A DNA stretch of 64,000 nucleotides from Phoronis australis (Eukaryota > Animalia > Phoronida), in assembly GCA_002633005.1 (NCBI GenBank), contig NMRA01000377.1, forward strand, positions 181,546-245,545, written 5' to 3'. The notes under the pieces are model-generated. The model had not been told where the DNA came from. It saw only the letters and a list, made by a program, of their open reading frames with translations, and searched no databases. This document shows, one piece after another, positions 33,318-46,522 of this stretch; position 1 is the first letter of the stretch; every line of letters starts with the position of its first letter. Both the position numbers and the translations under genes were made by a program.

Positions 33318-36300
33318 GTAGCCTTGCAAAGTGAGGAATGAATTGTGAAGTTACAAACAGCTAGTTCAGCCATTGGTTGGTAAGTTTCAGGCCAGGATGT
33401 TGATCCAGGATAGTTACCTAAAACAGAATCAATAACCACTTAATTTGTTAACATTTTTAAATTATGGTAAGGTCAAAAAACACACTGGGTTGTGAGAACA
33501 GCGTCTACTTTTCGTTCTCAAAATGCAGTAAAAGCTCAATGTTACACAGTTCTTTACACTGAACATAAAAAATTTCAGGCAGGCTCAAGGTCTATAAGTT
33601 CAGATTTGAAACAAAACCTTAGTGACTGCAGTCATCAAGTGCAAACTAGGATTAGTTAGTCGTCATCACCTGATTGGCCAAAAGAATATTTAAGTTCACG
33701 CATACGTGATCTTGAGATTAAACACGATCCCAAGATCAAGCACAGTAATTGTCATCCATTCGTTGCTAAATTGATTGCTTACGGTTAGGGGACGTGAAAG
33801 ATCAATCTGCATATTGTATAAAGGCCTAAGAGCATCAAGTTCTTATCAAGAATTTATTTCCATGAAGCTTAAAAAGATAATTTTTTATGAGGTGAATGCT
33901 TTAAAATATGCAGGCACAAACCAGATTATATTGTTTCCTTTTCTGGCCTAAAATCGAACAACAATCATAAGCACGAAAAAAATCAAATGTTTTGACATGA
34001 TTTTGCTCAGGACTAACAAAGTTAAACAAAGAACAAATTGAATAATTTATGGTTGCTATAAACAGAAATGCAATATTAATGACTGATTTGCATATCTTTG
34101 TTACCAGAGGTGTCTGCAGAGAAGTCCAACAGCTTTTTATGGATGAGTGAAGCAGCTCTGTAGACCTAATCAACATGTTTGTACATTTAGCCAAACACGT
34201 ATAAAACTATAGAACTTTAACTTAGAAAAAGTATATATTTTCTGAAAGCAGAAATTCGGTAGAATTTGACCGTTGAATATATACCAATGTGTCACTAATT
34301 AGGCAATGTGATATTGCTTTTCAGGTAAATTTAGCAAAAACAGAAAGTTACATTTATAGCAAACCATTAAGATCAAAATAAAGATGACAAAATCTCATGA
34401 TATAAATGTCCAAAATAAAATCTCAAAAATTGTGTTACAGTTTTCTAAATTATCATTATGTTTTCGTTAACCATGTAACTTAGAGAATTTTTTAACGAAA
34501 ATCATAGGCGCCCCAGTTTCTAAGAGCCCGTCAAGCAAAAATGGAACAATTGGTGAGTATAATAATTTTGTGTCCATCAGTGTATAAAGCATAGTATATA
34601 AAAATAAACATTTCTGAGATACAGTGTTCCAAATTGGGCATTTTTCTAAATAACTTAGAAACCATAACCTTAATATTTCTATTGATGCGGCCAGTGAAAT
34701 ATTTGGTATAAACATGGGCGTATAACTCTTGTTCCCAAAAATGCAGTATGTCAAATACACACACTCAGAGCATATAAATGGAAATTTCCACTGTCACTGC
34801 CTTGCACTGATAGATACTCTACTATGGCGGACAAATCAATGACTCCATAACCGGTCAAGTGATTTATTTCTAGCTTTCAGGAGGATACTTCCATTCAGCA
34901 TCTCATCAATTTTGGCAAAAATAATTCTCACCCTTCTCATTTTTCAAAGGCGTCTTTGTTATGATTGCTGCAATTATTGCCGACCACTCAAAACAGGGTA
35001 GAGTTCAGTAACGCTAGGACCTTTGCTAGGACCTATGGTAGGACCTTGCTAAAATCCAGCCAAAATCACGTGTTCTCGTTTCAAATGCACGGCAATATCT
35101 CACGTAATCTCGCAAACTCTAGCTCTTTCTAGCGTTACTGAACAGCTGGCAGAATTTAAAAATCTAAGTGAATACAATGCATAAAGCTACATATCGCTAA
35201 TGAGAAAATCATAAAATAAAGTTTCATTACGAGCCATACTGTGTCTTTAACAAGTGAAATTTCACTTCCTTCATCTCAGATAACAGGGACATTTCCACAG
35301 AAAGAACCATGACAACACCACGGTACTTTCAACAGGATCCACATTTTGTTAAATATTTCAGTTGAAAAATATCGAGAAACAGAAAGGGCTTGATGTGGAA
35401 TGTTTCTTGCTAAAAACAAGACTTTATTAACTACACTTAATTTATGATGGGGTTCCTTGGTCAGTAACAAAAACACCAACAGTTTTCTGGACAAGTAACA
35501 AAAACTTTCATTTAATAGAATTTTACTTCATAATTCAGTGTAAACTGTTTTGAATCATCACTGTGTCGAGTTTGAATTTTGTCGTAGCGAATTTGTCTTA
35601 CTTGCGTCAAGTATTGGGAGATCAGTCAATTGCCATTTCTTAACCAAATTCCCCACAACATGGACACGGACTTTCCAACACCATGAGTATGTGCATTTTT
35701 AATTCTAGCCGAGTTAAAATTTTCTGTTGTGGAGAACACTGTAATTAACCTGAATTTTCTAGCTCAATGTCACTACGCAAATTTTAAAAATTTAAAGCAA
35801 GACAGTCAGTCTCTGAGAAATTTAAAAGTGACGGTTTAAGCAAAAACTTATTTTTTGTACAACATGACTTAAGGATTACTGTAGTAGTCCCAGCATACTC
35901 ACAGCCAGCTGTTAAGATATGAAGTGAATTTATTTCAATCCAGCCATTGCTCAACACTAAAATGGATCAATGACCAATCGATGGTTAAATCTCGCTCTGC
36001 TGTAACACAATCCTGGCTGTATCAAAAAGGGCATTTTTCAGTGCTGACCATTTGTAAATATCGATGGGGCGACCATCACAGACTAGAGCGTCTACACGGA
36101 CTGTAAGCGGTACCAGATTTGAGCATCAGCCGAAGCAGCAATTACTCAATCTTGATTTTCATTTTCACATGTAAGAAAATAAAGTCATGTTCTGGCTTCA
36201 AAAGCAGAAAATGTTTCAGACTTATTGTCACGTGATGTGGACAACAGCTGGTATGCTGACCAGACTTATGGTGTAAATGTTTGCAAAGTGTACAACACAC

Positions 36301-36945
36301 GTGATATGATATGATAAAACCCTACAATTTAAGGCAAATGATCTAAATTTTATAGCCAAATAATCCCATTTAAGAATCACAGACCTTACAACAAAACATT
36401 TTGTCAGAAACTAGAACAAAAAAGATGTTTTATTCTGGTCTGATCAGTTATCAAAGCCAGAAAAAGACAAGTGAACGTTAAGAACAATGAATCTACATCC
36501 AGCGAGTGCTTTTATTAATCCAACTTTTTAAAGAAATGGTCAGCGGAATGATACCTTCACAAAATTAGCTTAAAGAACTTACATCTACCAAGCTGGTGTT
36601 TAATCTCGTTTTACAAATACACACAGCAAGCTCCTGTTTACCAAGCAGAACTTAACCCGATAAAAAATTCATTGACATAACTTTAAAGCCGTTACTCTTG
36701 ACAGTTGTGAAGAAGCAGTAGTAGTTAATATATTGATCCACCATACTCAAACAACTGAGAATTAATTCACTCAAAAGTTACAACTCACCGCTAGTTTGCA
36801 GAAACTCAATACAGATAACGAGTAGAGAATACACGGTGCTAACAAACTCCAATACTAATCAATGCCAATGTCTGCAAATACCTTAGTTTGAACAAATGTA
36901 TAGAAACTCCTGTTATCTATGTTGGTGTTTTTTCAAACAAACCCA

Positions 36946-36960
36946 GTCTAGCATGGCAAC
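36946..36960. promoter_or_regulatory. RFX X-box-like motif (GTTGCCATGCTAGAC, minus strand) upstream of a candidate 5'UTR exon
   Basis: Strong GTTGCCATG half-site about 160 nt upstream of donor gcg|gtgagt at 36789. Confidence 0.5.
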
Positions 36961-39900
36961 GGATGTAGGAGTATAACAACACTGCGACCTACCTAGCAGT
37001 GCCCTTGTGGTATCATTTTCTTCCAAATTATTAATTTTTAATCACCAAATCGGGATGGGATTAGATGACTGTCGATTATGACTTCAAATAGTAAAGCATC
37101 GCATTAGTGCTTTGTCCGCAACATTTCCACAAATTACTTTTTGACAAATAACAACAGCATCTGCTAAATTGAAATGGAGGAAACAACTTAGAACATGAAC
37201 AGTTTTCATCCATTACATAACTTGTCATAGTTTGATCTCACATTTCCCTACATAGCTATATTTTGTACATTCCATTTTTTCCTAGCCACCATTGGAACTT
37301 TTCAGATGTGCTTTGAAATGCAGGCTCTAGAATACTGTGGACGTTTTCTATAATTTTGTCAAAATGCAGGCATTATAAATTAATACAATTTGTTTCATAT
37401 TTAAAGTTTTTAATGGCAGAAATTTCCATAAACACGTCCCTCAAAACACACTATACATGGACTATTTACAGTCCATTCTATGAATTCAGACTCGAAGGGA
37501 AACTTCGATATCTCATTAACTAATGACACCCAAGGTAATTAATTACATGTGTGATTTTAGGTGCGTTGTATAGTATATCATAAGCGTCACAAAAGCTTCC
37601 CTTCAGGTAAATCCACGTGATAATCTTAGTCTAGGTGAATGCAAACCACAACAGTTAACAACTTGAAAATCAAATACACACCAGGAAGGTTTAGCCTAAT
37701 GGAGTCAAAAAGACATTGCTCTGTTGTAATTTGCTTGCCTCGGGGGTTCTTAACTTACTAACCACTGATTCATCGTAAAAATTCTTCAATTTAGGACAAA
37801 ACTAATTGCTATACTTCTATTTTTAGAAGCTTCATACATTGTTGCAAATGCTTCAAATTTTACCAAATGCTGTTTGGTAATAGCTGCACCATACCAACGA
37901 TGCTAAAAGCGAAGTAAATTTTTCTGAAAATTATTTTTGTTGAGAAATTTGAAAAAAATTCATCCGCTTGACATATTGTGTCTCAAACTCAGGAATTTTT
38001 ACATTAAGTTTGTCAGGTTTAGGTGAAGTGAAAATAAACCGACAAAACAAAAATTATAGGAATAAAGTTGTAACCTATAAGCGTCCTGGTTGTATTTGAG
38101 GACCTTGCTTTTGGACCCATCCTGGGCTGTTTGTCGGGGTACTGGAAGAGATTTTCGTGTCATGTGGCCATGTGGTCACATTCCACAAAATAAAAATTAT
38201 CATTTTATCACAATTTTCCAGGTCTGAAGAATAATTGAAACACTTCAACCACTTCTTTAAGCAACAAAATACAGTAAATTAAGAGACATTTTAAGTTTCG
38301 CATTTTGCACTAAAACAATGGAGCATGAAACAATGCTAAAAGTTTAATTTTCATGAAAAATGTTCCAGTGATGTTCAGTAAGAGGGAATAAAAATGTAAT
38401 TTGGAGACCATTAATAATTATCACCAAAAAAGCCCACTTTTCCCGAGTCCCTTCCCCCTAAAAAGTAAAAAAATGTTGAATTTTTTACAGATAATGTTCA
38501 CATTCGCATTATGAGGTAAAGTGCTGGAAGACTTCAAAGTCAAATACTGTTTATCAAGTCATCTATTCCGTGATGTGGAAAAACAAAAACAGTTATTTTC
38601 AAGCAATGCTTGGTGCATTATATTCCTCTCAATACTTGCAAACTGATAGAACTACTTTCTCAATAATAAAAACAAGACAACTTTGCCACAAAAATGAAGT
38701 GGTCCAGTCAAAAAATGAAAATGAAATGATTTACCAAGCGTCCTACAAGTCTCAGAAGAGTGAATACAGCGCGAAAAAATTTTTTAATGGATCGCCCAAA
38801 TACAGCCACAATTCACTGACTAGTATAGCCGTACAACATAAATGCACATCGGTAAACTGACCTATCCTGACAGTGATGGTTTTGTTTCCAGAGGTCCTTT
38901 AACAGTCCTTAAAACTAAGGTAAAAAGCCACGCCATTGGTTCTACTGCAGCACTACAGTTGCTAATGACCATATGATTTCACATACGTTATTGATCTTGT
39001 GCCTTTTTTGTGACTTCGAAGCGTGAAGCACTAGTGCTATACTCATTAGTTGCGTGTTTATGCATGGACAAAAAGTGAGCCAAGTCAGTTGGAACAGTCT
39101 AAACCAGATGACGTTTTTGGCACTGCTTTTCACAGCAGGAGAAGCAGGAAACGCCTGATGTAACGTCTTGCTACACCTTATTGTTGGACTTAGCTATTGT
39201 GCAGCTGTTGGCTGTTTCGTCACAATTCAATAACGTGAAAATAAATAATCAAATGTTGAATTTTGTTTTTTGGACATCGTCATATTCATGACGCCAAAAG
39301 CATATACTAGTATCGAGCCCAACCCCCCTAAAGCACACAGTTGGTACACTCCCCATGTAAATGGAGATAATTGAAAATAGTCCATCAGCCAAATGCAGAC
39401 CATAGTAGCAGTGAGTTTGGAAAATTCAAAACAGGTGATGGCATATCTATGGAGAAAACCTAAACAGTAGAGAAAGACTATAATAGTTTTTGACAGGTCC
39501 ACAACAACAGAAGTTATTATTTTGTCTGGTGCTGTTGAACCTAATTGACTTCGCATGATTTGTCAACCTAAATTACTCAACCCTAATAGGCAAACAACCC
39601 TGGGCACCATAAGCACCTGATCAATGGTATTCAACAGATCTATATATATCAATAGGGTTGAATACCCCCACCCAATATTATCTGGATAATCATAACATTG
39701 GGGCACAAAGCACTATGTAAACATTTACCTGTGCTTAGCAATAACATAACAATATGACCCTATTTTGTCTTGATATTTTACTAAGCCAGTATGTACCTCT
39801 AGTTCAACTGTTCAGGCAAAATGAACTACCCTGTAGAAATTTACCCATAAAATTAACGTAATTTATTCATTTCAATTGAAAATAAAAATGTATTTGTCAA

Positions 39901-42900
39901 ATAAGCTTTCCATTCTTAACCTATAAATGTAAATATTTTCTGAATTCTTGATGTCTGAAAAATATTAGCTCATGCAAAAATGATACAGTATTATTTACAA
40001 TCACATGACCATCAATTTTTGTGAAAATTGCTAAAAATCACCTTAGCATGACTTTATGTTAAAACATTTTAGACACTCAACATCTCAGTCATTCGAAAAT
40101 CGAAAATCTGAGATACAAGTCCTCTGCTGTCTGAAAGAACTTGTAAAAATCTGAGACACTGTTCCCTTGGCCATAGAACATAAAACAGGAGTAAAAAATT
40201 TTATGCGACTTGATTTAGACAAAAGGGAAATCGTTAAAAACTGTGAAAGCGTTGAAAACCAAAAGGTCTGAAAATGGCTGCTGAGATTTGAAATCTGTTG
40301 CTATTGAAACTCTTACAAACAACTCTATCAGTACATAAATAATGCATTTAAAGAAATTTCATGAGTAACAGTAAAAATACGGACACAATTTTATACAATA
40401 TGTGAATATTGGATTTCTGAAAACTATACATACAAGAGTTGACAGTTACCTTGAATCTTCTTGTAGTGAATGAGTACAGTTCTAACGGTGCAAGTCTTCC
40501 ACAAGTATCAATGACGTCAATCATAACAGTAGTCTATTGTGAGCTTGTATTTTGTCAATTTTTGCCTCTTTGTGTTAATGAGGTATGACCTCATGATCTC
40601 CATTGCATGCCTAACTCCATTATAACCTGCCATTATTCTTACCCAAAATGGTAAACATGTGTTAACAATGGAGACCCCAAAAAACAACATCAAAAATTGT
40701 TACTGGTTCCTGGTATTGGGTATCACCCACATCTACAGTACAAGTCAAAAGTGATCAGACAAAATACCGTTTTCTTCATCATGGCAGCTAATTCAGTTGA
40801 AAGCCAAAAATTGAAACAATAAGGTGACAATGGCTTAGCTTCCTTCTCTCTCAGTTCCCCTTCATTCTTGGTCATGAGGGAAGACTATTCTGATGGTGAA
40901 TTCACGTTCTGCCCAGTCATCACGACGTGGAACTCCAGGTCATTTTGTCTGCATATTTTTGGCGTGTACTGTACATGACCCTGGTGCCCTTCACACATGA
41001 AGAGTCATTCTGTTTTCTTCAAGTACATGGCAACAAAAGCAAATACAGAGAGCTGGTAACGACTGAGAAATAAAACTGAAACTTGGAAGAAGGGCGAACA
41101 TTCAATCATACCGCAACCACAACCTGAAATTCTTTTTCATATTACACTGGGAAAAGGAATTTCAAAACGATTTTAAGGCCTTCAATGTTTAAAAAAATCT
41201 ACAATTTCCTAATTTTTTAAAAGTTCGATTTATTAATCTTTTTAGAATATCGTTTTAAGCACTGAGCAAGACAACAATTCATTTACGTGCTAATTTCAAA
41301 GATAGTTCATACAAATCTCTGGACACCACAGCTTCAAGGCACTTGAGATTGCCTTCACTTAAAGGAACTTGATTTTTTGTGGTGAAAAATGAAATTTTGG
41401 AATTTTTGTTAAACAGGACAGAATTCAAAAAGTGCTTAGCTTTGTCCGGAGCTGTAAAACAATAAATATCATTAGTTTCTGAGATTTGAGTGCTAATCGC
41501 CAGTTCCCACCGTTGTCTGACAGATATTGGGTAACATCAATGCCGGTGTTTTTTACCCTTTAAATAAGCTTAAAGTACTAAAGTTAAAACACTTGTGATT
41601 AGATTCAGCAGTAGAGTGTTTGGATGCCAGTGGGTTCGATTACACGCTGCTGCTAACTTCTGTAAAATTATTCTTCTGGCTGAGAATGTCCCTTTAAATT
41701 AAATATTTACACACTCAGTATGCAAGCCAACCATAACCAAGCAAAACATTGAAATGTTACAATGTTCAAATCCCATTTTTACAAACAGATGCCGAGATCC
41801 ACAGGCTTAGGTTAAATCAAAGTGGTTCTGATAAGATAAATTTCAGTGGAGACCAGTGTATGCAGATAAATTAGAAGACACAATTACCAATCTTTATATC
41901 TGACACCAGTAAAGTAGAGAACACTGTGGTCGACAAGCATGATTCAAACACAAAATTTGACAACCAAATTAAAATTCAAGTACCATTGGACCAATTATAT
42001 TTATATAAAAGATTTGGAATCCGAATTATCACCATTCTTAAGAACTTACCATACATAGAAACCAAGTGGCTAAACCACACCTCAAAGGAAAATATCCTAT
42101 CCTATGACCTATTTGATTTTTGACTAAAGAGGGATGAGATGTCTAAAAATTTGACACCAGAGGTATATGGTAAACATTTCAGTTTGCAGTAGCTGGTACA
42201 CAACAATTATTATATACAAAAGGTACGAGTACTAAGCCATATTTATGAAGGTATAAGACGGTGTGACACCTTTGGTGCTGCAAAAGATGTGAATTCACAA
42301 TGCCAGGTACCACAACAGAAACTCGTCTTTCGGTGAAACTCATGACAGTTATTTGCCCGTAAGAGAACATGTATCTGTACTCTAAATTATGATAACAACA
42401 AAACGGATTTTTCCGTCATCATTTTTGTTGAAATTCTCACCCACAAAATGTTTTTAACATATCTGTCTTGTTGAATGCTTAACTGGTGAAGCATATATGG
42501 TTCAGCGTAATTTTTTTTCCAAATTAAGCATGACTGGAGACATTACCATGTAGTAGACTGTCCCTGAACTAAATGCCAACATTACATTGTCTTCACACTT
42601 CAGAAATTAGTTACAAAGACCCATGTACATCACATATGCTAGTTACAAACATCTATGTTATTACAGAACATTAGTTTAAAATTTGTGAAGTATTCACCCA
42701 TTCCACAATAGAGACCTGTGATCGAGAGACTATCATGCGTTGTTATGGAACAATCTGCCAGTTCACAATTGAACAGGCTACGATAAATATTCAATTATTT
42801 TGCACAAAAATAATTACTAAAACTGGCATTTTTCAAGGGCTGATTAATTTATTGCAAATAATGGAAAAATTACAAAAAGTTGTTTTATCACATCTACATA

Positions 42901-43354
42901 GTACGAAGCGGGCTAGAATAGACTATGATTTTCTTAATCATTTTTGTCGAGAAATATACAAAATAGAATTTCACTTGTCGGCCAACACGTGCTAAATACC
43001 TGAATTACTGACATTACTTCAGTTGCATCCAGAAGCATTTACAAATCACTTGATTTCATTCATTTAGGCAGTTTCGAAATTTGTTTCTTAACCGAGATGG
43101 AAATAAAGCATTGGTATTATCAACATTTGCCATAAGTATCATAACCTAAGCTGAATTATAAAAGAAAACATCAAATTTACTAAAGTGTTACTATTTAAAC
43201 AATAAAAATGATACTTTACCTGCAATTATTTCTCTTAATGAAAATATTTAAACCAGAAAAACAATAAAATAGTATCTTGCTTTCCACAGTCTTTAAACAA
43301 ATAGTTACCTATTTTCGATACGCCCAGTCTGGATATAATTTAGTCTGTGTGTGC

Positions 43355-43367
43355 GTTGCTTAGCAAC
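43355..43367. promoter_or_regulatory. RFX X-box (GTTGCTTAGCAAC) next to a candidate non-coding first exon
   Basis: Near-perfect palindromic X-box; minus-strand donor cag|gtaaag at 43220. Confidence 0.55.
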
Positions 43368-44772
43368 AAGCATACACAGTTGATCTTGATATGATAAGAT
43401 GTCTTTTTACCAATTGTCATTTATAACAAAGAAAGTTGACCATAATGCTACAATGTCACTATCCCAATCAACAGACATAAAAGGAAGGCAAAGTTGAGCA
43501 CGAACTTTAAAATTGATTCAGTAGCTTTTTGCATAATTTAGGCGTGCTTATACGACAGACATAGGAAAAATGTTTTTAAGAGAACTCAAAGAATAAGTTT
43601 AATGAACTAGCAGAATTCACTATTCTGAATTCCTAAGTGTGCACAGCTGATTAGTTAAATACAGTATGCACTCGTTGGATCAACAAGGATATTTCCACAG
43701 AGTGGCACGAAACACTTTACATCAACTACAGCTATTGGTGAATAAAACAGCCGTCTGTGTGTAAAAAACAGGGTCCTCACAGAAACCCCTCCCACCCCTC
43801 TCAATCACCATCCCAGACCTCATCAGCAATACCACAGGTAACCAAAACTAATGTTTTACAGAAGGGAATCTAACCTCGGATGGAAAACTTTAATCATTGG
43901 ATGGAATTTTGGGCTTGATGAGGGGAATTTCGACTAAATTTTAAATATTTCACACACAGGAATGTGGCCGATATTTGGCTCCAAAATCGAGGCATGGGGA
44001 CCTGAAGAATTACATCTTCTTCTTATCTCGTTAACTACTATGCAACATTAGGAAAAGGAATTGCATGAGTTTTCATCAAGCACAACAGGAATAAAAAGAG
44101 ACTGTTTAAATACGTTGTTACATGACAGTTCTCTGGACAAACCATCATGGACTGTGTGACACTTAGACAATGTTTGTCAACGCAGGTTTATAAAAATGGT
44201 ATTTTTATACAGAAGAAAACTGCAACAGAACTTTTGTGAGAAAAGTAATAACTTAGATTTTACTCTCACTTTTGACGATGTCATGACACGGTGGAATCTT
44301 AAATTGCAGGATTCAGATCTTGTTCGGCCACCTGGTAAAAATTCCAGGTCGTAACAAAATCACCACATATACTAAAAATACTTAAGGAAGTAAACAGGTG
44401 GAAGGTGGAATCATTCAGCCCATTCAAAAACAAGTAAAATGAGACAATCATCTATTTTTGCTGTACGAGGAGACACTGCACAATATATTGAATCTGTTGG
44501 GTATTAGCAGGTGGAATTGATTGTTTGACACCACGTGAAACTCTCTTAGCTTTACGTTCAACTAAAAGGGAGCAGGACTTTTGCAACCCTCCCCCCTTGT
44601 TTTGGCAACCTCAGTTTCCTTTGGATGACCTGTGTATTTTGTTAGGTAACAATTAGCGAGTTGTTGTTAAGCTAATAGTAAGAGTCTAGCCATGAATTAT
44701 GACAGAAAACTGTAAAGTTGTAAACTCATTCTTTCTGCCACACAAGATGACATTTTTCTCCACACATGTCTC

Positions 44773-45595
44773 ACGGGTGCGTTGCCTTCTGAGGCACGGC
44801 CTAGGCCGGTGCTACGGGTGCGTTGCCTTCTGAGGCATGGCCTAGGCTGGTGCTACGGGTGCGTTGCCTTCTGAGGCACGGCCTAGGCCGGTGCTACGGG
44901 TGCGTTGCCTTCTGAGGCACGGCCTAGGCCGGTGCTACGGGTGCGTTGCCTTCTGAGGCACGGCCTAGGCCGGTGCTACGGGTGCGTTGCCTTCTGAGGC
45001 ACGGCCTAGGCCGGTGCTACGGGTGCGTTGCCTTCTGAGGCACGGCCTAGGCCGGTGCTACGGGTGCGTTGCCTTCTGAGGCACGGCCTAGGCCGGTGCT
45101 ACGGGTGCGTTGCCTTCTGAGGCACGGCCTAGGCCGGTGCTACGGGTGCGTTGCCTTCTGAGGCACGGCCTAGGCCGGTGCTACGGGTGCGTTGCCTTCT
45201 GAGGCACGGCCTAGGCCGGTGCTACGGGTGCGTTGCCTTCTGAGGCACGGCCTAGGCCGGTGCTACGGGTGCGTTGCCTTCTGAGGCACGGCCTAGGCCG
45301 GTGCTACGGGTGCGTTGCCTTCTGAGGCACGGCCTAGGCTGGTGCTACGGGTGCGTTGCCTTCTGAGGCACGGCCTAGGCTGGTGCTACGGGTGCGTTGC
45401 CTTCTGAGGCACGGCCTAGGCTGGTGCTACGGGTGCGTTGCCTTCTGAGGCACAGCCTAGGCCGGTGCTACGGGTGCGTTGCCTTCTGAGGCACGGCCTA
45501 GGCCGGTGCTACGGGTGCGTTGCCTTCTGAGGCACGGCCTAGGCTGGTGCTACGGGTGCGTTGCCTTCTGAGGCACGGCCTAGGCTGGTGCTACG
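44773..45595. repeat. 41-bp GC-rich minisatellite, 20 units
   Basis: Unit ACGGGTGCGTTGCCTTCTGAGGCACGGCCTAGGCCGGTGCT, head-to-tail, no spacers. Confidence 0.97.
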
Positions 45596-46522
45596 ATGTC
45601 AATGGAAGTGGGACAAAAGTCTACATGTACCTTTCTGCAACGGTGTTCTTGCAAAAGGTTTATAGAATCTTCGATGCTTGGACGTCAAAGATTCTCCTAC
45701 ATTTATCAGACTGCCTTAGTTCATAGCAAATCCTATGAAAAGAATGCAAGCTATTAGCATGCAGATATATCAATGCACAAAAATAAGTCAATTATTCGCT
45801 GAAGCAAATAAACAATAAATTGATCCAATACTGACAAATCTAGAAACTTGTCTAGACACACTTAAGTAGTTTGTAATTTCACGGGAAAGTAGCCATCGAA
45901 GTTCGACGAGGAAAAGTAAAGAATTGTTTGAGTACAAAGGTTGGACAATTATAAGTTATTATGCAACGGCATAAAATGGTCTAATAGAAGAATCCAGCTA
46001 TAACAAGAAATGTCAGGTCATTAAGTTTTATTTAGATGTCATCTGGACCAATAAAAACATCTGTAAGAAAAGCAATGTTTTGTAACAGGCATGTAGAATG
46101 GACAAGAATTAAGACATTTAGCTATTCAATGTCTAGAATAAAAATCAATGCGTATATGACTTATGTCTCCGCAGCCATTGAAATTTTGTTTCGCTGGGTT
46201 AACATAAACCAAAAAAAAACAAATTGCGTCTAGATCTGGCATGGTTTAAAAACATTTTAGTGTAAGTTAATATTTTATACAGCCATGTTATGAAAGATTC
46301 ATGGCATTTCATCGATACTCAACATTACAATGTCTTGTTCAAGAATTTTTGTAAAACGTTTGTGAATGGACGTTTGAGAAAAAATAACATTGACCCAAAG
46401 CTACAGCTTGGAATGTCAGTTCCTGAAACTCAATAGCTAACAAATATTAATCGCTCCATAAATAAATTCAGCTGTACAATAATAGAATAACCATAAAATT
46501 TAAGTTTTTCTACTGAAGGAGT

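Noticed and set aside
41598-41655. tRNA or SINE-like motif (TAGATTCAGCAGTAGAG..GGGTTCGATTAC)
   Set aside because: Too degenerate and too short for a cloverleaf; at most an old SINE relic.
44773-45595. CRISPR-like array of palindromic repeats
   Set aside because: Units are head-to-tail with no unique spacers, no cas genes are present, and the context is eukaryotic.
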